A DNA stretch of 64,000 nt from contig NC_089430.1 of assembly GCF_026210795.1 (NCBI RefSeq), positions 62,001 to 126,000 of the forward strand, read 5' to 3'. Every line of letters begins with the position of its first letter. Position 1 is the stretch's first letter. The DNA is from Rhizophagus irregularis. Its lineage: Eukaryota. Below, piece after piece: positions 27,567 through 40,582 of the stretch. Position numbers and translations under genes: made by a program. Below the pieces are notes generated by a model, which had not been told where the DNA came from, made no database searches, and was given only the letters and a program-made list of their open reading frames with translations.

Positions 27567-28333
27567 TATATCTGTAGAAAATATGTTATAAACGTATGAA
27601 TTTTAATATACTGTAGAATAATATGTATACCGTATCCTTTATTTACAATATTTTTGTGAACCGTATACAAAATACTGATATATAGTAGAAATGATATACG
27701 TTATAGACATATGAATTTAATATACCGTATCACACAGTATGTTTACCATATACTTTATTGTATTTTTTACTAAGTACATTTTGTGAACAGTATACATTAT
27801 ACTGATATGCCGTATGTAAAAATGCAAACTGTATCAAAAATATGTATATACAGTGTAAAAACCGTATACATATTTTTTATAAGGCAGGATTTATGGCCAA
27901 ATATTTTTTTGCATTTTTTCTATCCAAAATTTTAGCACAAATCTACTGAGAATATTATGCACTGGAATTATACAATCTTGACCTTCAGGGTAAAATCCAG
28001 TACCCTAAAGTTTGACATTGCAAATTTCATTATCTTCAATACTGAAATAATAACAAGAATTTGCTGGTTAATACCATCGAATAAATGCCAAATTATGTTC
28101 CAATTCTCCATCTGGTAAGTCAATTTTGTGGAAAAAAAAGAATTGAACTTATTTGGAATAACAATCGATGCTACTGTCTTGTGTTATAAATTTGGCTAAA
28201 ACATATGAGTTTTTTACATGATAAGCTGATATATTTGACTCAAATGTCTTTGAACCGATTCTGCATCTACTGAACTATTTCATTTTAATAGTTGTTTGTT
28301 TGTTTTAGATAGATCTGTTGTACAATATACATT

Positions 28334-28870
28334 CACAGGTCGAAAAGTGAAAAATCAGGCACTAATCGGTCACCAATCAGGTAGCTAATTGGTGACTGAT
28401 TGGTGACTGATTGGTGCCTGATTGGCATTTTCGCCAAATACCGTCACCAATCAGGCAGTTTACTAACTTTTGATCCAGTGATCAGAAAAAGATGAAATAT
28501 AGCTCATTAGAATCGTCTCACCAAGACGAATCTAATGGTAGTAAAATCGCATCTCTAGGATTGATAGTTAATAAAAAATTAAATAAAATATAAATGATAC
28601 ATTTTCATTTTTATATTTTACTTAATTTCTCATCAAATATTAATCCTAGAGATGCGATTTTACTACCATTAGATTCGTCTTGTTGAGACGATTCCAATGA
28701 GCTATATTTCATCTTTTTCTGATCACTGGATCAAAAGTTAGCAAACTGCCTGATTGGTGACGGTATTTGGTGAAAATGCCAATCAGGCACCAATCAATCA
28801 CCAATCAGGTACCTGATTGGTGACTGATTGGTGATTGATTGATGCCTGATTTTTCACTTTTCGACCTGTG
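28334..28870. mobile_element. Foldback MITE (CACAGGTC family), 3-bp TSD ATT
   Basis: CACAGGTCGAAAAGTGAAAAATCAGGC and its reverse complement at the ends. Near-complete 537-bp palindrome. Confidence 0.92.
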
Positions 28871-29120
28871 ATTTAGAATAATTAAATTTATGTCTGAATT
28901 ATTAACTTAATTTTGAATATTTTGAATAAAAAAAAAATAAAAAAAAATAAAAAAAAATATTGTAATTTTGAATAAAAAAATAAAATAAAGTAAAAAAATA
29001 AGTATTAACAAAGAAGAATGCAAAAATCCTTAAATCAAAAGAGATAAAATCCTATACCTACCCTATATCAGTTTTTCCTTTGGATCAACTGAAACGCTAA
29101 AAATGCAAGGAAAAATATTA

Positions 29121-29892
29121 CATATCCGCCGATCTGCGGAATTAACAAAATTCGTCTAAATTAAGGAATTTGACAATAATTTAATAAAAATTAGGTAAAT
29201 TAAGTTTTGCAAAAATGATCACACTTGTACTACATGATCATATGACAAATATTAAGAAATTACTTCAACAAAAAGTAGCGTTAAAAAAATTTTTTTCTTT
29301 CGTAAACTCCCTATTAAACTTCCCATCAACCCCCATCAACTTTTCAAACAGTTTTTACATCAAGTAAGTTGAGAATTTTTGCAAGTATATTTGTAATTAT
29401 TTTATATTAGATACAACTTGGAGCTGTTTTTTTATTTTTTTTTTATAGTTTATAGAAAAAATTTATTTAAAAAGCAAAATTATTCAAAAAAAATCTTTTC
29501 AATAAATAAATAACTCTAAATATTAATAATGATGTTTTAGCAAATTTAGATTATGTATTGATTAGTTGTTTAATTAAAATCTATTTGATATTTATTATTA
29601 ATTATTTTTCAGTTAATTTTTTTTTGTTAAATCATTAAATATTCTGAATTTTGTAAAGTTTTTCTTTTGTTTTTTTTAATAAACTAACTTTATAATATTT
29701 TTTTTCTTTTTTTTCAAGAAACTCCTTCTACTAGCTTCGGGTTAAAGAGGTAAATATTTTGGAAGAGGTCTTAAAAGTTTTTTTATATATTTTTTAACAT
29801 TTTTTCTTACGTAGGAACGGGTTTTGATCAATTTTAATCGGTACTGCACCACATAACTGATGATCGGCAAATTCCGCAAATCGGCAGATATG
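29121..29892. mobile_element. Non-autonomous TIR element, superfamily unresolved
   Basis: TIR CATATCYGCCGATYTGCGGAATT (21/23 match). No clean TSD. Confidence 0.7.
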
Positions 29893-29910
29893 AATAAAAT
29901 ATGTAATGAA

Positions 29911-30284
29911 CACAGGTCGAAATTAGTTAAATAGGGTATTAATAGGGTATCAATAGGTTATCAATAGGTTATCAATCGGCTATCAATAGGCTACCCTATT
30001 GGTAGCCTATTAAACTTGCGCCATAATCCATCACCAATCGGGCAGGCTGATTGATAACCTATTGATAATCTATTAATACCTTATTGATAACCAATTTGAT
30101 AAAAATACCAATAGGATACTAATAGGTTATCAATAAGTTATTAATTGGCTAACAATCAGCCTGCCCGATTGGTGATGGATTATGGCGCAAGTTCAATAGG
30201 CTACCAATAGGATAGCCTATTGATAGCCGATTGATAACCTATTGATAACCTATTGATACCCTATTTAACTAATTTCGACCTGTG
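29911..30284. mobile_element. Foldback MITE (CACAGGTC family), 3-bp TSD GAA
   Basis: CACAGGTCGAAATTAGTTAAATAGGGTAT and its reverse complement. Internal CAATAGG 11-mer repeats. GAA at 29908-29910 and 30285-30287. Confidence 0.92.
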
Positions 30285-30299
30285 GAAAAAAAAATGGAG

Positions 30300-30920
30300 G
30301 ATCAAAGGAACTTACAATTAGTCTCCAAAGATGATCAAGTTCCAAGTATCTGTCACTAAAAAAAAAATAAAAAGAACATTAATAACTTCCCTAAACAGAA
30401 AAGAAAAAAAAATGAAGAAATGAACAAAAGAAAAAAAAACTCACCATTAGTCTCCAGAAAGTCCAAAGAAGATATCACTAAAGAAAAAATGGCAAATGGA
30501 ATGTCAATGACGTCTTTAAATGAAAAGAGGATGAAAAAAATGGACGAAAGAAAAAAGTCTTCACATTTATCTTCAAAAAGTCTAAAGAAGTCACTACTAA
30601 GAAAAACAGTAGAATGAACGTCAATAACATCCTAAACAAAAAGAAACCGAAAAACTGAATAAAAAAAATATAGATTTACCATTTGGTCTCCAAAAAGTCC
30701 AAGAAGCAGTTACTAAAGATAAAAAGTAAAAGAAATGCCAATAACTCTCTTAATAAAAAGAAAATAAAAATAATAACACGAAAAATAGAATAAAAGAAAT
30801 AAAACTCACATTAGTTTCCAAAAAGTCAAGAAACGTTGTTGAAAGAAAAAAAAAGCAACAAGAAACGTCAATAACATCTCTAAATTAATAGAAACAAAAA
30901 AAAAACTCCATTAGTCATCA
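30300..30920. repeat. Degenerate tandem repeat of about 120-130 bp, about 5 units
   Basis: Recurrent CATTAGTCTCCAAAAAGTCCAAG ... CACTAAAG ... GAACGTCAATAAC. Confidence 0.65.
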
Positions 30921-31624
30921 TTTAACACAGCCATGCATGCTAAAAATTGACTTATCGGACTCAAAAGATTATCGGACTGAACACCGTAAAGTATAACCTG
31001 TTTCAGAATATATAAAAAAGTTTTGTCTGGATCTACATATTCTGGACCTAATTTCAGATTTCGGCTCGATTTTCAGATTTCGGCTTGGGTTTCGAACCTG
31101 AGTTTTGGACTTTCAGATTTGGCCATATTTTCGGAAAGTTGCGAAGATTTTTTTAATTTTTTTAATTTTTTCTTTCTGTTCATATAATTCAATTTCTAGA
31201 TTTTATTTTTTTTAATTTTAACTCTAAGATCTTTTATTCCATTTTTATAAAATTATTTAGTTACTATATAGTATATTTATTATTTAAATTTAACTTACCA
31301 ATAAATGGATTTTATGCATTATTTGACGTCATATTTTCTTTATCAATAGATGAATTTTATGCATTATTTTTATTCAATGCTATATTTCCTTTTGATTGTT
31401 TGAAAAATGAATTTATCTTTAATTCTATTTGATTTTTTTTTGAGGAACTAATAAATTCCTAAAATAAAAAAAATATATATTAGAAAAAAATATATTAGAA
31501 AAAATTTAAAAACTTGTATACTTTACAGAAACCTTGAAAATTTGAGCGATGTTGAATTGATATGGATACGATATAAATTTCATGTCATAATGGTATCAAT
31601 TTCCGTGATGATATTGTTATAATG

Positions 31625-32218
31625 TTGATTCGATATCATTACTTCATCACCATAATTTATCGCGAAAATATCGTGGCAATATCCATTTAAAAGAATATCA
31701 AATCGGCACAGTCTTGATATCATTACGATGTCAGTAATTTCAAAAAAAAAAGATGTATTTTCGATATTGATTTGATATCGTCACTTCATCACCATAATTT
31801 ATCGCGAAAATATCAGGACAACATTTATTTAAAAGAATATCTGATCGGTATAGTCTTGATATCGTTATGATATTGTTAATTTCAGGGAGAAAAAAGATGT
31901 ATTTACGATATTGATATGATATCATCACATTATCACCATAATTTATCGCGAAAATATCGTGACGATATCTATTCAAAAGAATATCAAATCGGCACAGTCT
32001 TGATATCATTACGATGTCAGTAATTTCAAAAAAAAAAGATGTAGTATTTGCGATATTGATTTGATATCGTCACTTCATCCCCCAATTTATCGCCGAGATA
32101 TCATGACAATATTTATTCAAAAATATCTAATCGGCACAGTCTTGATATCATTACGATGTCGGTAATTTCAAATAAAAAAAAAAAGTATTTACGATATTGA
32201 TTTGATATTGTCACTTCA
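31625..32218. repeat. Left subterminal tandem array, about 143 bp x 4
   Basis: Unit starts at 31632, 31774, 31918, 32063 and 32204. Confidence 0.9.
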
Positions 32219-32219
32219 T

Positions 32220-33400
32220 TGCCGCAACTCATTTGTGGTATCGCAACTCATCCGCAATACCGTAAATATTAAACTTTATTTTTTTACAAATTAATAAAAA
32301 ACTTTTAAATGTATAACGTGCTGTCATATTAATAAAATAAAATTCTGATATTTTATGCGATTTTGAGAAGCTATTACTGATAGAGTTGCGTTTTACCTTC
32401 TAATTTTAACATTGCATCCTTAAAACATACGAATATCGTCAAAAAATCCATGATTTCTCAATATTGATTTTATTTGTGATTATCTAGAATTCAATTAAGT
32501 AATATTTTTAAGTAATATACATTAGTTATCTCAAAAAGTAACTTCTTCTTAATAGACTTAGAGAATACAATGTTGCAAAGCATCTTTTAACGCCAGATTG
32601 AGCTTGTGCATTCATACACCGTCATCCACCTTGTCTCCACGTACGATTTTAGACCTCCTCCTTGTATATTTTTTAATTGAATAGCGCTTTAAGTAATGCC
32701 GCGCCTATAGCCGAATTTTTGAAAAATCTTGTGAGATTACATTTGCGCATTTAATCATGTCAGAACTGATTAAATTAACGCAGCGCGCAATGCACCGTAT
32801 ATCGAGAATTGATGGATGATTTTGAGAGATAATTCGGCGGTGTGGTCCCATAGAGCTGATAAAATGATCATGTGAATCTTAGAATAGATAACAAATAGAA
32901 GAAACAAAATTAAAATCAGAATATTAATAAAGAAATAATAATGAAATTTACCAATCGTACAATTAGTTTCCTTAGCTAATTCATTATAGATTCGTAAATT
33001 TACACGAGCCAATTCAGCTTGTAATAATGTTCCACTTAAAATTTGTCGAGTTGGTAGTAGGTTGTACGCTGGTTGTAAAGTTTTAATCATATCAATAAAC
33101 CAAGGTTTTCAATAACACTAAATGGGATGCTACTCAATACTCATATCAAAAGCTTTAGTAACCGAACGGTCAATAGCATCAAAATATCTCTTTTCCAATT
33201 TGTTGTTTTTTTTGTTAAAATTTTGAATTGATGTATGTTCGTAATTTTGTCTTTGCTTTTATTTGGTGATTACCTCCAGTTTAATTAATCACGATATTGC
33301 AAATTAACTGTGATTAATTATGGTATTGCGGAATAATTGTAACGTTGCAGAATAAATGCGGTTGCGAAATTGCGAAAATTTAGACATCATAATTCGTAAT
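32220..33400 (-). pseudogene. Internally deleted hAT-type transposon remnant
   Basis: Minus-strand peptides LQPAYNLLPTRQILSGTLLQAE and GLKSYVETRW. CGCAA/TTGCG subterminal-like repeats at both edges. Confidence 0.65.
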
Positions 33401-33759
33401 GTTCGCAATATCATAACTGTCATCCTTAATTATAACAAAAAAAAATTAATTTGCAAAAAATTAGACTTTTGTTTATTTTATTACTAAAAGCATCATGTGG
33501 TATATTACAAAATTTCCTTGAATATTGAACTTCACGTGATACAAACCTACAATTAATCAAAAAAAATCTTGATATCGCTAATATCGAAGCGGTATATCAC
33601 GAAGACATCCCCATGGTTTTTTTTTTTGCTTTCCCTCCTACGTTCAAAAAAGATTTTTCAGAAAAATTATAGATATTAAAAAATTGTTACGATGTGAAAA
33701 CTGATAATTCCACGTGTATAAATATATATAATAATAAAAACATATAATACACAATATAC

Positions 33760-35114
33760 CTTATTTCGCAATCGTGATTTTCTTTCATCATTACTACTCT
33801 CTTCATTATCAACGGAACGTCAGCGCCTATGTAATAGCGAGATAAGTCCAATGATCTTGCAACATTTATTTTTTCAGCTACGAGCTGTCTTATCATCTTT
33901 TTTTTAATTAAACATATAATCCAACAACATTTCGAAGAGCTTTTTTCATTTCTTCAGGTAATTCATTTGAAACACACGTTAACCACTGACGAAATATAGC
34001 CAAAACTTCAAGGGGAAGATTGTGAAAATTAGCGCCAATACTACTACTATTTTGATACGTGCTACCTATATTCGGCCACAATTCACTCCTCTTAAATTCC
34101 TAGCAGAATGGTCAAGATGCTGTACGAAGAAATAATGCTCTTAATTCAACGTATATGATGTTTGATCCCCATTTGGGAGGGAACTATAACGTTGCTTTCT
34201 AATAATTCGCTCATCTATTTCTGACTTTATTCACTAGATCTTTGCTCTTGGGAAGGACTTCTGGGTAGTGACGGTCTTTAACAAAGTAACTCCAATTATT
34301 AATTAATAGTAGTTGTTCAAATTCGTCTCTATAATAAAAATTAAAATAGGTTCGAAATATATGAATTATAAATATTACAGATTTATTATAATGATACGTA
34401 AATATATTTACCTTGGGAGTACGTGTTTGTGCATTTTCCAAACGCGGAGAACAATATGGAGAACTAGCCGGAGAAGATTCCATCGGAGTTGTTGATAATA
34501 TAGGACTTTGGCTTTTCTTATATTGCCTTCCGGCAACCATATTGGCGTATTCAGGAAAACAAGCCCAAACCGACTACTTAATTGCAAGATGATCTGACGC
34601 TTTACTCGTTATGTTCTCAATTCTTTCTTTTTTAACATTTCGTCTACAATTATTAGATAGATATCAAGGTAAGTGAATTATTCATATCATAAAAAGAAAG
34701 AATACTGAATATCAACTATAAGTCACCTATTTCTTCTTGACCAATTTGAGGCGATGATAAACGATAGAGCGATGATTGAGGTAGCGGCGACGATTGATAC
34801 TCTTATAGCTATTGAGGTGTTGTGACCATTAAGGTTGAGATTGTTGAAGTTGTTGCGACCATTGAAGGTTGTTGAGGTTGTTGAGGTTGTTGAGGCCATT
34901 GAGATTGAGGTGGTTGCGGCCATTGAAATTGTTGAGGTTGAGATTGTTGAAATTGTTGAGGTTGTCGCGGCCACTGAAATAGAGTTTGGGGTTGAGATTT
35001 TTGCAGTTGTTGAGACTGAGGTTGTTGATATTGCGGTTGCGATGGCTGCCAATGTTTAATAAGCGAGCCTTTTTTACGAATTCCTTGTTCTTTATCAAAA
35101 TCTTGAGAAGACAT
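33760..35114 (-). pseudogene. Companion-family paralogue (Q/S/P-rich N-terminus plus ELRALFLRT domain), decayed
   Basis: MSSQD..SLIKHWQPSQPQ start. Later exons IENITSKA, RDEFEQLLL..YFVKDRHYP and VELRALFLRT match 38730-40582. Stops and frameshifts present. Confidence 0.7.
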
Positions 35115-35302
35115 TTTAATGATAGTTAAAAAATGCAAGTCAAAAAAAAAACAAATATCTAAATATAAAAAAAAAAAGAAATAATTAATTGAATAAAAAA
35201 AAAAAATTTTTTTTATCCCTTTTTTTTGCGTTGATCTTACCACATCATGATCGAAAAAAATTAATTATTAGTTTTTAAATTATAAATTAAATTACAATTT
35301 TA

Positions 35303-36739
35303 CTAATTTAATATATAAACTTGCCTTTTGGGTAATTCCAGATTTAGAATAACTTCCTTGTCCGGAAAAACTGCTTCTCTTAATAGGCAATTGGATCCCT
35401 CAGGATCTTTTGGCAAATCGTACTCAAATTTGACAAATATGAGTTTCGTATTATTAATATTTACATCAACAGAGAGATTTTTCACATTAAAAATAAAAAT
35501 ATCTACAATTAAACAGCTTTACCAAAAAAAAAGTAAATAAAATATTAATAAAAACAATTAATATTAATATAAATAAACTAATATTAATACCTATTAATTT
35601 CGACTTCAAAAATATTGTAAGCTGGTAATTGTGATTGTGATGGTTGTGGTGATTGTGGTGGTGGGAGTTGTACCGGTGATGATTGTGGTGATTGTGGTGG
35701 TGGGAGTTGTAACGGTGATGATTGTGGTGATGGTTGTGATAGGGGCGGCTGTACCGGGGATTGTAGTGATTGGTTTTGTGTATTCTAATTTTTTATAAAA
35801 AATTTTAATAAGTAATAATTCCTTCATTAATTTATATTTCATTAATGTAATAATAGTGCTTACAGATCATCCATCATCATCGTCGTCATCATCATCATCA
35901 TCATCATCATAATCATCATCATCTCCTCCTTTTGGACGTGCTTCTGCGAACATGATTGTTTTACTTAGAGGTCCGATAAATTTTTTGTTTCTCACATAAT
36001 TGTAAAATCTAGTTTTATCATCATCATTTTCGAAGTGCACAAATCCATGCCTAAATATAACAAATGTTCATTTAATTAAATTATTAATTAAAAATTGTAT
36101 ATATTAATTATTTTATTTCATTACCCCCAATCAGGATCCTTTCTGATATGTACAAAATTGTAAGAAAATCTATTCTTTAACCATCCCTTAACGTCTTTCG
36201 ATTTTATCCCTTTTAACTCTTTCGTGTTCTTACCACCGAAGAAAACTGATAATTTATGATCACGACAACATTCATGTCTTTTCTTACCTATATTATTATT
36301 AAATAAAATTAAAAATAATAAATTAATACTTTATATTAAAAAAAAGAAAAATGATTCATTCTTGATATATACTTTTTCATATAATATATTTGATTTCAAT
36401 AAAGGAATATTAAATATCATATTTTAACAAAGGAATGGGAATGTTAAAGATGAAAGGAAACATATTTTAGCCTTTCGGGACGAAAGGAATCTTATTTTAG
36501 CCTTTCGTGACAAAAGGAATCTTATTTTAGCCTTTCGTGATGAAAGGAATCTTATTTTAGCCTTTCGTGACGAAAGGAATCTTATTTTAGCCTTTCGTGA
36601 TGAAAGGAATCTTATTTTAGCCTTTCATGACAAAAGGAATATCGATTATTTTAACCAAGGATTTAGCCTTTCATGACGAAAGGAATATTTTAATTCAGCC
36701 TTTGTGACAAAGGAATAGCAAGCAAATTTACTTACCCAT
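35303..36739 (-). pseudogene. Five-exon gene: RRM-like domain, poly-Asp, P/Q/S-rich tract and alpha-crystallin/HSP20-like C-terminus; one TGA
   Basis: GT-AG splicing gives MGKKRHECCRDHKLSVFFGG...DWGHGFVHF (RNP1-like)...AEARPKGGDDDD. After the TGA at 35867-35869 the frame continues to QSPVQPP... and YNIFEVEINSCLIVDIFIFNVKNLSVDVNI...FEYDLPKD...EAVFPDKEVILNLELPK. Confidence 0.65.
36450..36715. repeat. 30-bp minisatellite with palindromic core CCTTTCGT-G-ACGAAAGG, in intron 1 of the RRM-like gene
   Basis: GAAAGGAATCTTATTTTAGCCTTTCGTGAC-like units, about 6 near-perfect copies plus degenerate ones. Confidence 0.9.
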
Positions 36740-37669
36740 TTTTCTTTGTTTACTAAATCTTACGAAACCCACATTCTTATTGTAATTCGAATGCAAAATT
36801 CGATAAATTTTATTGGTCAGTTAATGTTAATCATCATGTGAAATCAAATATTTTTTTTTTAGTCATACTCAAGTTTCACAAACCCAATTATATTGCACTA
36901 TACGTCATAATTACACATCTTAATTACAAAAAAACTTTTCGTGTCACTTATCAGTCCAATCAAAAATAAATAAACCGGATTTTGAACAGGCGTAACACGA
37001 GATTATATTTAAACGGTACGGTAACACTATTAGCTTTAGCCTTTAAGCAATGTGACGAAAATTATACCCTACCTCCCGCTGTCAACACCTTCTTCACCAA
37101 GAATATTATATTCTTCGAGAGATGTGTTAATATCTATGACGAACAACAACTGGCTAATTCCTTACAACCATCCAGTATAAAGAGGCCTGTAAAATTTGTA
37201 AGTATTTTGGCCATTCTGTAAAAAGTTGCCCCAATTTAAAATCGCAGTTTTGATGGGGTAATTATTGTATACGCTGCTGGAAAGCTGGGCACAACAGTAG
37301 TGAATGTAAAAATGAACTGGAGGTCGTGCCGTTCAATGAAGAGTTTCGTTCTCCAGAAGAAATTGTAAATTTTTTGATTTATAAATAGTTTATTTTTTTT
37401 AAAAAAAAATTTTGAAATTTTTTTTTTCTTACGAAATTTACCATGAATTGCTGGTAGCAGTGGCAAATTTCGAAAGTTTATCTGGGCCGTGGTGGCAGGG
37501 TGAACTTTTTTTTTATACTTTTATTGTATGAAATATTTTTCAATTTTTACAACCTAATAAAGAGTTAACGGACATTTTTTGAATATCATCTTGAATGCTA
37601 AATTGATATGGTGATAATGTTAAATTCATATTGCAGAAAATATAAAAAAAAATTGTTCAATATGGAAGT

Positions 37670-38125
37670 CAGTAATTTGATGGATCAGTGATGTCAGAAT
37701 CAACATCGGAAGTACATATTGAAAGATCACGTCGTATTTTGATAAATTTATTGATGTCGCGACGTTATAACCAGAAGTACTTGGAAAATCACAGTTAACT
37801 GTGTAGAGGCTTCCATTAAATGAGAAAAATTTTTCATGTGCTGCGTCATTGCTCCTCTTCCAAATTAATGATTTCTGCTTGTCTGGTTGATTGAGATTGT
37901 TGTCTCCTCTTCAAAATGTGGACACCTGGGCAATATTGTAAACGAGGTAGTTGTTCATCCTCATAAGGATATTGCAATCGAAATGGTCTGTAATTACGTC
38001 CAAATTCAGGATAATATTGTGATTGAGGTTTATAAATGGATTGTTGTTGCCGTTGATATTGCTGATGATGTTGTTGTAGATGTTGTTGGTGAAGTTGATG
38101 TTGATGTTGCTGTTGCTGTTTTTAA
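37670..38125 (-). pseudogene. Internally deleted companion-family copy (Q-rich N-terminal part fused to the C-terminal motif)
   Basis: QQQHQHQLHQQ... is followed, across a frame break, by DAAHEKFFSFNGSLYTVNCDFPSTSGYNVATSINLSKY. This aligns with DARDRFFTHTGNLYTV..SGYNIGSSIDLSKY at 38730-39560. Confidence 0.7.
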
Positions 38126-38729
38126 AAATAACCTTCACGATTAACTCAATTTAATATTTTATTATTGTATTATAAAATCCAATATACTAATAAAAATGAT
38201 TTGATTTATTTTAAAAAAACACTGCATGATATCTTCGTGATATCAGTTTGTAATTGTAAAAAAATTATCTAAATGATATTGCCGTGATGTTTCATAATTG
38301 TACCAAAAAAAATCTAAATGATATCGCCGTGTTCGATTCAGTTAAAGAATGTGAATGAATGTTCGTTAATTTTGGTTGCAAATTTGAAGTTTTATTTTGG
38401 CAATAATGTTATACAATAGAAATAAAAATGATAAAGAATATACTATCTACCCGTCTTCTTTTAGATTGTGAAAGTAAAAAAATATATATATATATATATA
38501 TATAGATACAAAGAAAAAAATTATTGTTGTAGTAACAATGATAATTATAATCATTTGACCTGGTTTTTAAAATGATGGTTTTTTACATAGAATTTTTTTT
38601 TTTAAAAAAAAAAGAAAAATTTGTTTTATAAATTTACATACGAACCTCTCATCAAACTTCAACACACGACCAGATACTTTACTTTTCTACGCTAAAAATT
38701 TAAATTGAAAAAAATCTACATAATATATA

Positions 38730-40582
38730 TTATTTTTTTCGCTTTTTAGTAGATTTCTTTGATTTCGGCTTTGGTTCATCCTCAGAGCTGGAATTTGAAT
38801 CATCATCATCATTATTTTCAATTTCATACTTTGATAAATCAATCGAAGAACCAATATTATATCCAGATAAATTGTTAAAAATATTATTAACCGTATAAAG
38901 GTTTCCGGTGTGAGTAAAAAAACGGTCACGTGCATCACTGTTATAAATTTCTAAACAGTGGAATCCAAAAAGAATTAAATTTTTAAGCAAATTTTCGTTT
39001 TCTTGAGATATCGGCTTGTCCGAAAATTTCAACCAAAGGTTGAATATTTCTTCAATATGACGACCTTTTAAGTACGGCTTGAAATCAAGACTTTCATCTT
39101 TTTCTTTACGTTTTTGATAAGTTTCGTATCTAAGCTTGATGTTATCCCATAATGTATTTCTCCAGTACGACCAGGTTTTACGAAAACTTTTTGCTATATT
39201 ATGTAATATGTCAGGATGATCGTTCATAAAAGTTGGTAACAATGACGCTAAGAAATCTTCTATAATTTGATTATTGTTGCTTTTATCTAAGTTTCTTGTT
39301 CTTAGGAATAATGATTTTAATTCGTTAATCACTATTATTCTTAACCACTTTGGGATAGAGTTTTGCAACGATATAATATTAGAAATTCTCTTCTGGTTAT
39401 ATGATATATTTGTATCACGATCTGTGAACTTTTCAGGAGAATTTGCATAAGGGCGAATCGATGTTGGATATCTTCGATTCTTGAGATAGAATTTTGGCAG
39501 CTGTAAGCCTGAGCTTAAGAGTTCTTCTTCCATATCATCCCTAATTTTTAAAGAAAACATTGTTATATGAAGATTACAAGATGATAAATATGAAAAAAAT
39601 ATATTTGTTACATTGGATTCATCCGAGGGAGAGTTGAAGATGTAACAGAAGGTATAGCAATACCAAGAGAAGAAGTACTAGTACTACTTTGAGTTATAAG
39701 AGGAATTTCTTCCAAGGTATCCCTAATTTTAAAAAACATTATGTTAATATGAAGATTATAAGATTATAAATATGAAAAAATCATATTCGTTACATTGAAT
39801 CCGTCCGTGTGAGAGTTGGGGTTGTCATAATAGGTGTAGACGATGAGGAAGTGCGGCTTCGTTCTTCACTAGAACGCTTGCCTCTGTGGATCATCTGCTC
39901 GATTTGATCATGTAAATGTTCAGGGAGCGTCATGGCAAAGCGTTCTGCAATAGATTGTCGGACATAAACAGGATTAACGGCTCTGGACATGATGTCCTCG
40001 ATTTGTAGAAATAGTGTAGTGAGTAAATTATCTATATGATAGAAATAACGTTACAAGTTATTGTTCTGTTATTGAAGATTTCTTCAAATACCGAATATTA
40101 TAATAATACAGACCAATTTCTTCATCAGAAAGTAATTGTGTTGAAGGATGCTGCAAGTGTTGTAAGGAATACGAGGGTATGGAAGCTGTTGTTGTGACGA
40201 GGGGTATGGAGACTGTTGTTGTGACGAGGGGTATGGAGACTGTTGTTGTGACGAGGGGTATGGAGACTGTTGTTGTGACGAGGGGTATGGAGACTGTTGT
40301 TGTGACGAGGGGTATGGGTACAAGGGGTATGGAGAATGTTGCCGTGACGAAAAATGTTGAGAGGGATATGGATACTGTTGCTGTGACGAACGTAAGGAAG
40401 GTAAAAGTTGAGATGATTGAGATAAATATTGTTGTGACCATTGAGGTTGAGATTGCGATTGCGAAAGGCGATTGCGAAGGCGATTGCGAAGGCGGTTGTG
40501 AAGGTTCCCAATGCTTAATAAGAGAGCTCCGTCTATGACTTTCTTTTTCTTGTACAGGCTTATTACGATCTTGAGAAGACAT
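38730..40582 (-). CDS. Companion-family protein (ELKSLFLRTRN domain), multi-exon
   Basis: MSSQDRNKP start at 40582. Exons at about 40582-40113, 40031-39794, a short exon near 39720-39614 and a long last exon ending at 38730 with an acidic tract and basic NLS-like tail. Confidence 0.7.
40172..40335 (-). repeat. 27-bp coding minisatellite, about 5 copies
   Basis: GAGGGGTATGGAGACTGTTGTTGTGAC units on the + strand. Confidence 0.9.

Noticed and set aside
30926..31140. CACAGCCATGCATG as a possible TIR start
   Set aside because: No matching inverted end was found in the window.
34723..35098. T/S-rich, N-rich and V/E-rich ORFs
   Set aside because: They are alternative frames of one Q/S/P low-complexity exon.
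36450..36715. CRISPR-like palindromic repeats
   Set aside because: Units are head-to-tail with no unique spacers, there are no cas genes, and the context is a eukaryotic intron.
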